From: Candidatus Cloacimonadota bacterium
GTDB taxonomy: Bacteria > Cloacimonadota > Cloacimonadia > Cloacimonadales > DAONDQ01
Reading direction: 5' to 3'
DNA length: 60,270 nt
Assembly: GCA_035402645.1 (NCBI GenBank)
Contig: DAONDQ010000005.1
Location: 1-60,270, forward strand
The notes under the pieces were generated by a model. It did no database searches, was not told the origin of the DNA, and saw nothing but the letters and a program-made list of their open reading frames with translations. This document shows, piece by piece, positions 40,476 to 49,835 of the stretch. Position numbers and translations under genes: made by a program. The stretch's first letter is position 1. Each line of letters starts with the position of its first letter.

Positions 40476-41238
40476 TTGAAAGCTCCCTGTTACCCTTCAG
40501 GACAAAGACTGTCTCTGAATTCTCGATTAATGCAAAAGGCTGGATCTCGGCTTTCAGGAACATATTGTCCTGTGATTCCTTGAGTTTGATCACCTTTCCT
40601 ATCGGATAGCCTTTTGGAAATATCTGCGATATATTCGAGGTGACCAGTGTGTCACCTATATTAACCTGTGAACCGAGTTTGATCATGCCCATATATACAC
40701 GCCCGTAATAATCGGTCTCTAATACACCTTGTACACTTGAGTTCTTGTCCATGATGGCAAGCTTGAACAGGTTGTGCGATATGGGCAGCACGATGGAATA
40801 ATTCCGTGAAACCATCACCACCTTGCCAACGACACCTTCAGCAGAAATGACGGGATCATCCTGCCGGATACCATCCCTATTGCCTTTGTTGATGATGAGA
40901 TTCCTCTCCCAATAATTGCCTGTGAACCGAACGACCTCAGCGACGACAAAGTTCTTCCCTGCAAGGAAGGTGGGAATCTTCTGGCTGTTTTCAAGTGAAT
41001 GAAGGCGATTTTCGAGGTTCATTATATAGAGGGTTTGCTGGGCGATTTTCTCGTTCAGGTGGAAATTCTTTTCTTTCAATACCTTTGCAGTTTGAATATT
41101 CGATATGCTGCTGATATAGGGCGGAAAGACATAATCACTGAGCCACTGTGCTTTTTTTATCCGTGTTTCAGTTGTTCCCATCAGAAGGAACAGTGCTAAA
41201 AGAATGTACAGAATAGCAACAATGCGTTCCCTGGTCAC
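40447..41238 (-). CDS. mreC: Rod shape-determining protein MreC
   Basis: N-terminal TM plus coiled coil; INKG..DGI, GVVGKV, VTS....FPKGYPIG motifs. Confidence 0.9.
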   Translation of the reverse strand: MTRERIVAILYILLALFLLMGTTETRIKKAQWLSDYVFPPYISSISNIQTAKVLKEKNFHLNEKIAQQTLYIMNLENRLHSLENSQKIPTFLAGKNFVVAEVVRFTGNYWERNLIINKGNRDGIRQDDPVISAEGVVGKVVMVSRNYSIVLPISHNLFKLAIMDKNSSVQGVLETDYYGRVYMGMIKLGSQVNIGDTLVTSNISQIFPKGYPIGKVIKLKESQDNMFLKAEIQPFALIENSETVFVLKGNRELSNEQEPPAEY

Positions 41239-41243
41239 GATGC

Positions 41244-42281
41244 TCAGTCTTCAATTTTTTTAATCAGGACTTCTCTATAACTTTCGATGTCGTCAAGTAT
41301 CTTGCCTGCACCTTTGACCACTGCAGTTAAGGGGTCAGGAACGACATGAACAGGTAAATCGACAGTATTGCGGATTCTTTCATCGAGTCCTTTCAGAAGA
41401 GCACCACCACCGGTTAGGAAGATACCGCGTTCTGCAATATCTGCTGCAAGTTCGGGGGCTGTTCTTTCGAAAAGACGCTTGATTGCATCGATCATGGCAG
41501 TCACTGTTTCCGAGAGGGCTTCCCGAATTTCTTCAGAACCCATCTTGATGGTAATGGGGTAACCAGTGACAATGTCACGTCCTCTCACTTCCATCACTTG
41601 TTCCTGCTTCAGGGGATAGGCGGAACCGATTTTGAGTTTTATCTTTTCTGCTGTTTGAATACCAACAAACAGGTTGTTCTTCTTCCTGAGATAATTTACC
41701 ACATCCAGATCCAGCTTGTCACCACCGATACGGATGGAATTATGAACCACGATGTGGGAAAGAGAAATGACGGCAATCTCGCTTGTTCCTCCACCGATAT
41801 CCATGATCAGGTTCCCGTAGGGCTTATCGATGGGAAGGTCTGCACCAATGGCAGCAGCAATCGGTTCGGAGACAAGAAAGACTTCTCTTGCACCAGCATG
41901 CAATGCACTGTCACGTACGGCACGCTTTTCCACTTCCGTAATGCCGGATGGTACACATACAATGACTCTTGGGCGAACCAGGAGTCTCTTCTTCTGAGCA
42001 CGGAGGATCAGGTTTCTGAGCATGAGCTCAGTGACTTGGAAGTCAGCGATCACACCGTCTTTGAGCGGTTTGATCACTCTTACTTCATCCGGGCTCTTAC
42101 CCAGCATTTCCTTCGCAGGACCGCCGATGGCAATCATTTTCTTGCTATCAGCCGACATGGCGACAACAGACGGTTCATCTATAACAACACCGGAGTTCTT
42201 TTTATATACAAGGGTATTGGCGGTTCCAAGGTCAATTGCAATGTCGTTCGCCAAAACACCGAAGAATTTGAGAAAATTCAT
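41244..42281 (-). CDS. mreB: Actin-like protein MreB
   Basis: IDLGTANT, PLKDGVIADF, DIGGGTSE, LTGGGALL motifs. Confidence 0.97.
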   Translation of the reverse strand: MNFLKFFGVLANDIAIDLGTANTLVYKKNSGVVIDEPSVVAMSADSKKMIAIGGPAKEMLGKSPDEVRVIKPLKDGVIADFQVTELMLRNLILRAQKKRLLVRPRVIVCVPSGITEVEKRAVRDSALHAGAREVFLVSEPIAAAIGADLPIDKPYGNLIMDIGGGTSEIAVISLSHIVVHNSIRIGGDKLDLDVVNYLRKKNNLFVGIQTAEKIKLKIGSAYPLKQEQVMEVRGRDIVTGYPITIKMGSEEIREALSETVTAMIDAIKRLFERTAPELAADIAERGIFLTGGGALLKGLDERIRNTVDLPVHVVPDPLTAVVKGAGKILDDIESYREVLIKKIED

Positions 42282-42410
42282 ACTGTCTCCAAAAGCTTAC
42301 TCATTTTTACACAATAAGATAGTTTAAATAAACATATTTCTGCCCTTTTATGGAGAATCTCCAATATGTCAAGCAGAAATGTACTACGGTCTGGCAATAT
42401 GAGGTTGTAT

Positions 42411-42884
42411 CTACTCTTCCACCAATCCGTTCAACTCCGAAGGATCATACCAACTGATCAACCCCTGGATACGCTGAATCTCCGTTTGGAGTATGGTTTT
42501 ATGATTTGATTCCTCTTCTGCAAATTGCAGGAAAAGTTCTTTCATGTCTGCATGCACACAACCCTGTGCCAATCTCAGGTACGCTTCATGCGCCAATTCT
42601 TCACGCCCGACGGCAAACTCAAGGATGCTTTTCGGATCATTGACAATATCCGCAGGGACATCGTGCTTCACTTTCTCTTCATCGATCGCCAGCGTCTCAT
42701 TCGGAAATTCCCTCTGAAAACCATCACGAAGTTTCTCTTCATGCATTTCTTCCAGCGGTACAAGATTGAGAAATGTCCTGCTAACATTCTCCTGTTTGAA
42801 GCTCTTCGCCAGAGATCTATATAAATTCTGTGACTTGATCTCGTAATGAATTGCAAGAATATATGCTTCTTTCCTGGATTCCAT
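42411..42884 (-). CDS. Ferritin-like / rubrerythrin family protein
   Basis: Paired E...ExxH motifs (EEMH, ESNH). Confidence 0.8.
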   Translation of the reverse strand: MESRKEAYILAIHYEIKSQNLYRSLAKSFKQENVSRTFLNLVPLEEMHEEKLRDGFQREFPNETLAIDEEKVKHDVPADIVNDPKSILEFAVGREELAHEAYLRLAQGCVHADMKELFLQFAEEESNHKTILQTEIQRIQGLISWYDPSELNGLVEE

Positions 42885-42991
42885 TCCAAACCTCCAATAT
42901 AAGATATGATAAGTGATAATTTCAATTTATCCCTGTCAATGAAAATAAACGTGGGGATAGATAATTTAACAGGGAACAGGGAATACTTATG

Positions 42992-43038
42992 CGCAGCGCC
43001 GCATAGCATGCGGTGGACACTTCGCATAGCATGCGAAT
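42992..43038 (+). repeat. Cognate REP doublet, copy 1
   Basis: CGCAGCG-CCGCAT-AGC-ATGCGG-TGGACAC-TTCGCAT-AGC-ATGCGAA-T, immediately past the transposase stop. Confidence 0.9.
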
Positions 43039-43042
43039 TTTA

Positions 43043-43669
43043 TCAAAACTCATCGCTTATCCACGAGTATTTCCACTCTTCAGGTTCATTAACAAGCTTC
43101 GCTTTCACCGGATTCATTAAAATGTAATTCGCTATATTCATCGCCTCTTTTCCGCTGCGTGCACAGTAATCATAATACTCTCTCTGCCAGGTCGAACCTG
43201 TCTTCTTCAAAAGCAAGTTGATATCATGTGTGGTTATACTCTTGATCTTCTTTACAATAAAGCTGAGTTGATGATACTCACCTTCTTCTCTTTCCTTCAA
43301 TCGCAACAAGATATGAACATGATTCGGCATGATTGTAAAACAGAAAAGATCATACAGGTCTTTATCAAATTTCTGCAGTGTATTCATAATGATCTCTGCT
43401 ACTCCGGGATTTGTCAGGTAATCAGTGTCCTTTCGGTATTCAGTAAGCAATGTATCATAAAAATCAAATACCCTCTTTCTAATCACATTTTGATAATACG
43501 ACCCTTGTTTTGTTTTGCTGCTGATCTCAAGCTTATATTCATTTAGTTTTGCAATGAAATCTGCTGGAAGTGAATTGTTCAATCTGAACGTGATAAAAAG
43601 CACACCATTCTCCGGCTGATAATGGGGCATTCGCCTGTAATAAAATTGTGAGTCTTTGTTATTATTCAT
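43043..43669 (-). mobile_element. REP-associated tyrosine transposase (RAYT, IS200/Y1 HUH family)
   Basis: RMPHY..FITFRL, IMPNHVHIL (HUH), WQREYYD, YILMNPVKA (catalytic Tyr), W.YS motifs; flanked by inverted REP doublets; no tnpB. Confidence 0.9.
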
Positions 43670-43692
43670 ATAGCCCTCCTCTAATATTGATC

Positions 43693-43740
43693 TATTCGCA
43701 TTCTATGCGAAGTGTCCACCGCATGCTATGCGGCGCTGCG
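43693..43740 (-). repeat. Cognate REP doublet, copy 2 (inverted)
   Basis: Reverse complement of copy 1 with one loop substitution (AGA). Confidence 0.9.
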
Positions 43741-43745
43741 TAGTG

Positions 43746-44888
43746 TTATTCTTTCATTTTGTATTCGAGATATTGTACTGCCTTATCTGCTTTTTTCACA
43801 GCATATCGAATCTCTTTTGCATCTTTCGAAATCTGGACTCCAAGAATTTTTGTATTTCGTAAACTTATCGCGTTACTATGATCCGTAAAATCTTGAATCA
43901 ATTTGCCTGATAGAACATCAAATACAACCACAAACGGACCATTCCCAATTATTGCAATCAACGTGCTGTCAACTTGCGTCATATCAATGCAGTCATAATC
44001 AAAACCAGCAACAATATTGCCGCTTGAATTATCCAAAATACACTTGTTTGTTTTCCACTCTGTTCGCAAGAGAGAAAAATCAGGTGCGTTTTTATAAAAT
44101 CCAATACCGTTCCCTGGATCAAAATCTGAGAAGTCTTTATACATTCTCTCTTTCGTTGATAGCAAGAAGAGTCTTCTGATCCTTTCTGTTTTGTCATATG
44201 AAATCACGATATACTTCTGAGTTGGGGTAATTTCAATACAAGATGGTTGTATCATTCTTGTATCTGTTTTATAAAGAAATCGTATGACTCCATCGAAAGA
44301 TACTACTGCAATTTCAAAGTTCAATTTTTCTCCATATTGTCCGAAAAGGAAATTATCTCCTAAATTACCGATTATATTCGATAAGTTGCGATAATTCCCG
44401 ATCTCTTGCGGAAAAGTGATCTCTTCACCAGTATCCTTTTTCAATACATATCTTTTATGTTCTATATCATACAGCAAAAGACCATCTTTGGTTTCATTTA
44501 TACATGAAACTACATATTCAACGTTTGGCAATGGACTCTCGGCTTGATCTCCCCAAGTATCATCATTTTCAAATGCGTAAAGTGTAGACGTTTTCCATAG
44601 AACACGACCAGCAAAGTCAGTACATTTCAAGTAATATGGATTGTAACACTTATATAGGAAACCATTAAAAGCATGTGGAGTAGGAAATTCAAACATATTC
44701 GAAGTGGTCTCATCATATTCTTTTTTACTTATCTCTCCCAGCAGAGCAAACTTATGGGATGCACTTTTAGCATTACTCCTATCCAATCCCTTAAAATCAG
44801 CACTTTCAAAATGATAAATCGGATATGCCCATAACGATAATCCAAACAACACTGATGATAGAATCAATAAACAACTTTTATATCTCAT
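43746..44888 (-). CDS. Secreted hypothetical protein (beta-rich, possibly propeller)
   Basis: 380 aa, signal peptide, AT-rich coding; no recognised family. Confidence 0.6.
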   Translation of the reverse strand: MRYKSCLLILSSVLFGLSLWAYPIYHFESADFKGLDRSNAKSASHKFALLGEISKKEYDETTSNMFEFPTPHAFNGFLYKCYNPYYLKCTDFAGRVLWKTSTLYAFENDDTWGDQAESPLPNVEYVVSCINETKDGLLLYDIEHKRYVLKKDTGEEITFPQEIGNYRNLSNIIGNLGDNFLFGQYGEKLNFEIAVVSFDGVIRFLYKTDTRMIQPSCIEITPTQKYIVISYDKTERIRRLFLLSTKERMYKDFSDFDPGNGIGFYKNAPDFSLLRTEWKTNKCILDNSSGNIVAGFDYDCIDMTQVDSTLIAIIGNGPFVVVFDVLSGKLIQDFTDHSNAISLRNTKILGVQISKDAKEIRYAVKKADKAVQYLEYKMKE

Positions 44889-44895
44889 GATCCCC

Positions 44896-44994
44896 TCAAT
44901 GATTTCTCAAGAAATCTTCAGCATTACCAATTGGATCGAAAGCCTGTTTGAGAAAGTTTGCCAACATTTTATTGCTATTTACTGCTTTAAACAT
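44896..44994 (-). CDS. 32-aa small ORF (MFKAVNSNKMLANFLKQAFDPIGNAEDFLRNH)
   Basis: AGGAGG 4 nt upstream of ATG; stop overlaps the RBS of the next gene. Confidence 0.4.
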   Translation of the reverse strand: MFKAVNSNKMLANFLKQAFDPIGNAEDFLRNH

Positions 44995-45129
44995 GCATCC
45001 TCCTATATCCACCATAGATAACTCAAAATCCGCATAGAGATTAAATGCTGATGTGAATATTTATTATATGATTAATACTTGTAAAGTAAATTCCAATTTC
45101 CCTTTGCCCTTCAACCGGGTGCAATCCAA

Positions 45130-45176
45130 GCAGCGCCGCATAGCATGCGGTGGACACTTCGCATAGAATGCGAATA
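45130..45176 (+). repeat. Cognate REP doublet, copy 3
   Basis: GCAGCGCCGCATAGCATGCGGTGGACACTTCGCATAGAATGCGAATA; identical to the reverse complement of copy 2 over 47 nt. Confidence 0.9.
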
Positions 45177-45178
45177 TA

Positions 45179-45323
45179 CTTACTTCTTTGACGATACAAA
45201 GAAGTAAGATATCCAATTCGTGGGTTGGGAAACCCACTCCAAAAACAGGTTGGGAAACCTGTGGTACAGAAAAGTTTGCAACGCACGGGGTGCGTTGAGC
45301 CACCTCACGGGGTGAGGCGTTCC
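45179..45323. repeat. Cluster of hairpins from other REP-like families
   Basis: 12-bp stem at 45179-45208; two GGTT-GGGA-AACC hairpins at 45220-45267; two CAC-GGG-GTG hairpins at 45279-45319. Confidence 0.8.
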
Positions 45324-45339
45324 GAGAATTTCCTTACGC

Positions 45340-45451
45340 ATACCAATCCCTTTCCAATGGGATTCCAATCCCATACCAATCTCTTTCCAATCTCTCAGGA
45401 TTGGTATGAGATAGGTAAGGCATTGCTATTGCTTTGGATTTAGATTGGATT
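45340..45451. repeat. Head-to-head array of degenerate 11-bp repeats
   Basis: Five nnnCCAATnnn units then about five inverted nnnATTGGnnn units at 11-bp period. Confidence 0.7.
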
Positions 45452-45479
45452 TCTTAAGGATGTGGTTAGATTATTCCTT

Positions 45480-45514
45480 TAGCAGGTAGCTGATAGCTTG
45501 TAGCTTATAGGGGA
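45480..45514. repeat. Heptamer tandem repeat (TAGCTnn)
   Basis: TAGCAGG TAGCTGA TAGCTTG TAGCTTA TAGGGGA. Confidence 0.7.
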
Positions 45515-45537
45515 AAAGAGACGAGATATTGGAATAA

Positions 45538-46797
45538 TTAATTGCGGATGGTTTCGATCGGATTCAAATGCTCGATCTTTCGGGAAGGATAGAGGACGCT
45601 GATGAACGATATCAGGAGGCTGATCAAAGGCACAATAATGAAATCAAGGGTCTTGATCTGTACCGGCAGGGCAACCAGGGGGAAAGTGCCCATGGGAATC
45701 TTAAAAAACTGAAGATGCATTTGAAGGGATAGCAGAACATATGCTGCAATTCCGCCAATCAGGATACCCAGGAGTGTATGGATCAGTCCCTGGAGCAGGA
45801 AGATATTACGAATCGACAAGTTGGTGACGCCAATTGCCTTGAGAATCCCGATTTCCCTTCGTTTCAGGACTGTCAGTTTAAGCAGGTTTCCTGTCATATT
45901 AAATGCTGTGATTAGAAGCATCAAACTCAGAACGGAGATCATGACGATCTTTTCCATCTTCATTGCGCTGAAAAGATTGGGATCGAAGTGGCTCCAATCC
46001 TCCACCATGAATGCAGGATATTCCTGTTTCAGTTTCTGTGCTGTCTGCTGGAGGTCTTTGTCGCTATTTGCCTTGATTTGAACATAATCGATGGCTTCAG
46101 GGTCTTTGCTGAAAAACTGACCGTTCGGTAGGGAAATATAACTGAAAAGGCGGTCATATTCGGGCATGCCTGAGACAAAGGTGGCAATCACCAGCATATT
46201 CCTGCTTTGAGGGATCATACCGAGTGGAGTGGGAATGGTTTTTATCGGTGAAACAACTTGAATCGTATCTCCCACACTCACCTGCAACTGAATGGCTAAA
46301 TCCATGCCGAGAATGATCCCGTCCTGCTCGAGTAATTGTTTATCCGCCATCCCGTTCACCACACCACGCAATACAGCTTCTTTTTTCTGCTGTGTTTTAT
46401 CGGGGATGGGGTTGAAAATTTGCGTTACCTTACGATGCCGGTCCAGGTCAATCGCATAAATAACGCTTCCCTGCATGTTCTTGCCATTCAGGAGCATTAA
46501 TTCGTTTTCAACGACTGGAGAGGCACCTTTAACCAAAGGATCATGATCCAGTTTCTGTAGCAGGGAAGTATAGTCATGCAGAGGTTTATGATTCGGATTG
46601 AATAGTTTGATCTCAGCCTTGGTTCCAATGATCCGGTTGGTGATATCCTGGTCGAATCCGTTCATGACGGAAGAAACGACGAGCAGTGAAAAGACGCTGA
46701 GGACGATGCCGCCCAGGCTTAGCATATTCGAGCCATGAATGAGGAATTTACTCCTGCCTTTCAAGTAATGGAATGCAAGCCTGGTACTGAATCTCAT
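45538..46797 (-). CDS. LolC/E-family ABC transporter permease
   Basis: VVSSVMNGF, MKMEK, REIGILKAIG motifs. Confidence 0.85.
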   Translation of the reverse strand: MRFSTRLAFHYLKGRSKFLIHGSNMLSLGGIVLSVFSLLVVSSVMNGFDQDITNRIIGTKAEIKLFNPNHKPLHDYTSLLQKLDHDPLVKGASPVVENELMLLNGKNMQGSVIYAIDLDRHRKVTQIFNPIPDKTQQKKEAVLRGVVNGMADKQLLEQDGIILGMDLAIQLQVSVGDTIQVVSPIKTIPTPLGMIPQSRNMLVIATFVSGMPEYDRLFSYISLPNGQFFSKDPEAIDYVQIKANSDKDLQQTAQKLKQEYPAFMVEDWSHFDPNLFSAMKMEKIVMISVLSLMLLITAFNMTGNLLKLTVLKRREIGILKAIGVTNLSIRNIFLLQGLIHTLLGILIGGIAAYVLLSLQMHLQFFKIPMGTFPLVALPVQIKTLDFIIVPLISLLISFISVLYPSRKIEHLNPIETIRN

Positions 46798-48293
46798 TAT
46801 GTTCTTTTCATCTGCGGGAAGAAGATGACTTCCTTAATGGAAGTGTTATCTGTAAGTAGCATGACCAGGCGATCGATACCGATTCCCATGCCACCCATTG
46901 GCGGCATGCCGTATTCGAGCGCTTCGAGGAAATCTTCATCCACATCGGTTGCTTCCAGGTCGCCCAATGCTCTTAATTGTGCCTGTTTTTCCATGCGTTC
47001 CCTCTGGTCGAGCGGATCATTCAACTCGGTAAAAGCATTTGCATATTCATTCCCATTGATGAAGAGTTCAAAGCGTTCCACCAATTGAGGATACCCGGGC
47101 TTTGACTTTGCAAGCGGGGAAACTTCCTTCGGGTAGTCATAGACAAAGGTCGGCTGAATAAGAGTTTCTTGGACGAACGCATCGAAAATCTCGGCAATCA
47201 GCTTACCGGGTCCGGCATTCTTTGGAATTTCGACCTTATGCTGTTTCAGGAAGGCTTCGAGTTTTTCCGTATCGAAATCGGAAGCATCGAGACCTGTCTT
47301 TTCTTTTATCAGTTCCAGCATGGGTGCCCTTCTCCACGGTTTTGCCACAGAAATGACCTGTCCCTGGTAGGGAACCTGGTCGGTACCGAGTACAGCCATT
47401 GCTGCTTCATGTACCATATTCTCCGTGATGTCCATCATGCCTTCCAAATCAGAGTAAGCCTGGTACATTTCGAGTAAAGTAAATTCAGGGTTATGGCTTC
47501 TGTCCATGCCTTCATTGCGGAAATTCTTGCCGATTTCATAAACTCTCTCATATCCGCCGACAATCAGTCTTTTCAGATAAAGTTCAGTCGCAATCCTGAG
47601 ATAGAGATCCATATCCAGCGTGTTATGATGGGTAATAAAAGGACGTGCATTGGCACCGCCGTAGAGAGGCTGGAGGATGGGAGTTTCCACTTCCAGGAAT
47701 CCCTGCTTATCGAGAAAACTGCGTATGGTTGTCACGACTTTTGCCCTGTTCTCGAACACTTTGCGGTTCTCGGGATTCAGCAATAGGTCGAGATATCTCT
47801 TCCGATAACGCAATTCGATATCGGAGAATTCATCATAACGTACAGTCTTCCCGTCTTCCACCTTTTCCTTCACAGCAGGAAGCGGACGTATATTCTTACC
47901 AAGTATGGTAATTTGTTTTGCCTTGATGGAGTATTCACCTGTTTGCGTGATAATGCAGGTTCCATCCACCTGGATGAAATCACCGGGATCGCAGAGCTTG
48001 AAGAGTTCGTAATTCTGCTCTCCGAGTTCATCCTGCTTCACGAATATCTGTATCTTACCACTGTCATCGAGGACATTGCCGAAACCAATCTTGCCCTGGC
48101 GGCGCATTGCCACAAGCCTTCCGGTGATGGAAACCTTTTCTTCCGAAGCCAGGAGTTGTTCACGATTCGCGAGCAATTCTCCAATTTTATGAGTTCTATG
48201 GCTTGTTGTCGGATAGGGATTGATTCCCATTTCACGAATTTTAGCCATCTTTTCCAATCTCAATTTGATAAATTGATTATTTGCATCAAACAT
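46797..48293 (-). CDS. lysS: Lysine--tRNA ligase (class II)
   Basis: RYRKRYLDL, FLEVETP, FRNEG...HNPEFT, YGMPP.GG.GIGIDRL motifs. Confidence 0.97.
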   Translation of the reverse strand: MFDANNQFIKLRLEKMAKIREMGINPYPTTSHRTHKIGELLANREQLLASEEKVSITGRLVAMRRQGKIGFGNVLDDSGKIQIFVKQDELGEQNYELFKLCDPGDFIQVDGTCIITQTGEYSIKAKQITILGKNIRPLPAVKEKVEDGKTVRYDEFSDIELRYRKRYLDLLLNPENRKVFENRAKVVTTIRSFLDKQGFLEVETPILQPLYGGANARPFITHHNTLDMDLYLRIATELYLKRLIVGGYERVYEIGKNFRNEGMDRSHNPEFTLLEMYQAYSDLEGMMDITENMVHEAAMAVLGTDQVPYQGQVISVAKPWRRAPMLELIKEKTGLDASDFDTEKLEAFLKQHKVEIPKNAGPGKLIAEIFDAFVQETLIQPTFVYDYPKEVSPLAKSKPGYPQLVERFELFINGNEYANAFTELNDPLDQRERMEKQAQLRALGDLEATDVDEDFLEALEYGMPPMGGMGIGIDRLVMLLTDNTSIKEVIFFPQMKRT

Positions 48294-48407
48294 GGGTACT
48301 CCTTCCTTTGAACATGGGGTCTAAATTAGCAGAAGTCTCTTAATGTCAAGCAAATCTGATATCAATAAACGTTCAGTCAACACTCTTCGATGTAGGACAG
48401 ATGCTTT

Positions 48408-49724
48408 CTACAGGATAAAATAGCGCAGCAGGATATATGCTGTGGACATGATAAGCGATACCATCGTGAAGATGATGCCGTACTTGGTAAAATCCCAGAA
48501 ACTGATCGTATGACCGGCTTTCTTTGCCAACCCGACTGAAACAACGTTTGCAGATGCACCGATAAGGGTCATATTTCCACCCAGACATGCACCGAGTGAG
48601 AGTGACCACCATAGGGGCTGGATCACATGCGCAACCTGTTGAGGATTCAAATGCTGCTGAATACCGACCTGGGCCCCGATATCCTTGATAATGGGGATCA
48701 TGGTGGCTACAAACGGAATATTGTCGATGACACCGGATGCAAAACCTGAAATCCAGACAAGGGCAACGGAAGTTTTCATCAGGCTTCCACCTGTCACCTT
48801 GGTCAGCCAGACGGCAATCAATTCGATGATACCGGTTTTATCTAGACTGCCAACAACGATGAAAAGACCCATGAAGAATACGATTGTACCCCATTCGATT
48901 TCTTCCATGATGAGTTTCTCGACGTGTTTATGACCACTGATCAGGACCAGAATGGCTGCACAGAATAATGCCATGGTAGCAGCTTCAAGATGATGGATAC
49001 TCTGGGTGAACAGACCTGCGAGAAACAGCATGAATACGATCCCGGATTTGTACAGGAGCGGGTAATCTGCTATGGCATCGCGTTCATTGAATTGCATGAT
49101 GTTTGCTTTCAGGGCATCGGAAACGTGGAGTTTCTTTTTGAATATGAAATACGCCAAACCCAATGATACAACCATAATCGCAATCACCACTGGTGCTAGG
49201 TTTGTAATAAAAGTCAGGAATTCGAGTTTCGCAGCGCTGCCGATCATGATATTGGGTGGATCGCCGATCAGGGTCGCTGTACCACCGATGTTGGAAGCGA
49301 TTGCCTGGGTGATGATAAAGGGAATGGGAGAGATGTTCAATTCAGTTGCCACGAGCATGGTAACGGGAATTACGATCATGATGGTTGTGACATTGTCGAG
49401 CAGCGATGAAACGAATGCTGTGATGATAAAAAGCAGGAGCATGATGGTGATTGGATTACCCTTCGCTATTTTTGCAGTCTTGATGGCAATATATTGAAAG
49501 ACACCTGTATGCTTCATGATCCCAACGATGATCATCATACCTGAGAGTAGGAACAACACATTCCAATCAATGAAATTAAATGCTTCCTTTTGCTCCATGA
49601 CCCCGGATATAATGAGGATGGTGCTCCCGAGAATTGTTGCAACCACCTTATGGATCTTTTCGCTGGAAATCAGAATAAACGTGATGATAAAGACGACGCC
49701 GGATATCATCATGGCATGACTCAT
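48408..49724 (-). CDS. ArsB/NhaD (IT superfamily) permease, copy 2
   Basis: DNVTT, SNIGGTATLIGDPPN, DNIP, GGN.TLIGASAN motifs. Confidence 0.85.
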   Translation of the reverse strand: MSHAMMISGVVFIITFILISSEKIHKVVATILGSTILIISGVMEQKEAFNFIDWNVLFLLSGMMIIVGIMKHTGVFQYIAIKTAKIAKGNPITIMLLLFIITAFVSSLLDNVTTIMIVIPVTMLVATELNISPIPFIITQAIASNIGGTATLIGDPPNIMIGSAAKLEFLTFITNLAPVVIAIMVVSLGLAYFIFKKKLHVSDALKANIMQFNERDAIADYPLLYKSGIVFMLFLAGLFTQSIHHLEAATMALFCAAILVLISGHKHVEKLIMEEIEWGTIVFFMGLFIVVGSLDKTGIIELIAVWLTKVTGGSLMKTSVALVWISGFASGVIDNIPFVATMIPIIKDIGAQVGIQQHLNPQQVAHVIQPLWWSLSLGACLGGNMTLIGASANVVSVGLAKKAGHTISFWDFTKYGIIFTMVSLIMSTAYILLRYFIL

Positions 49725-49835
49725 CCATTACCTCCGCTGCGGATTTTGCATGCCAAAAATGGTCATTTGTCCGGAATCATGCAAGGAATATCTGTTGCCT
49801 ACCCGAAGATAAGCAACAGATAATGCAAAATGGGA

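Noticed and set aside
41598..42317. 239-aa ORF antisense to mreB, and similar shadow ORFs over degP, rodA, hsdR, the permeases and macB
   Set aside because: Fully overlap well-supported genes and have no motifs
43043..43669. IS200/IS605 element with TnpB/omegaRNA
   Set aside because: The adjacent ORF has a signal peptide and no RuvC or zinc-finger motifs; flanks are inverted REP doublets
45041..45443. Four short ORFs over the repeat hub
   Set aside because: By-products of GC-rich palindromes; no RBS or protein-like features
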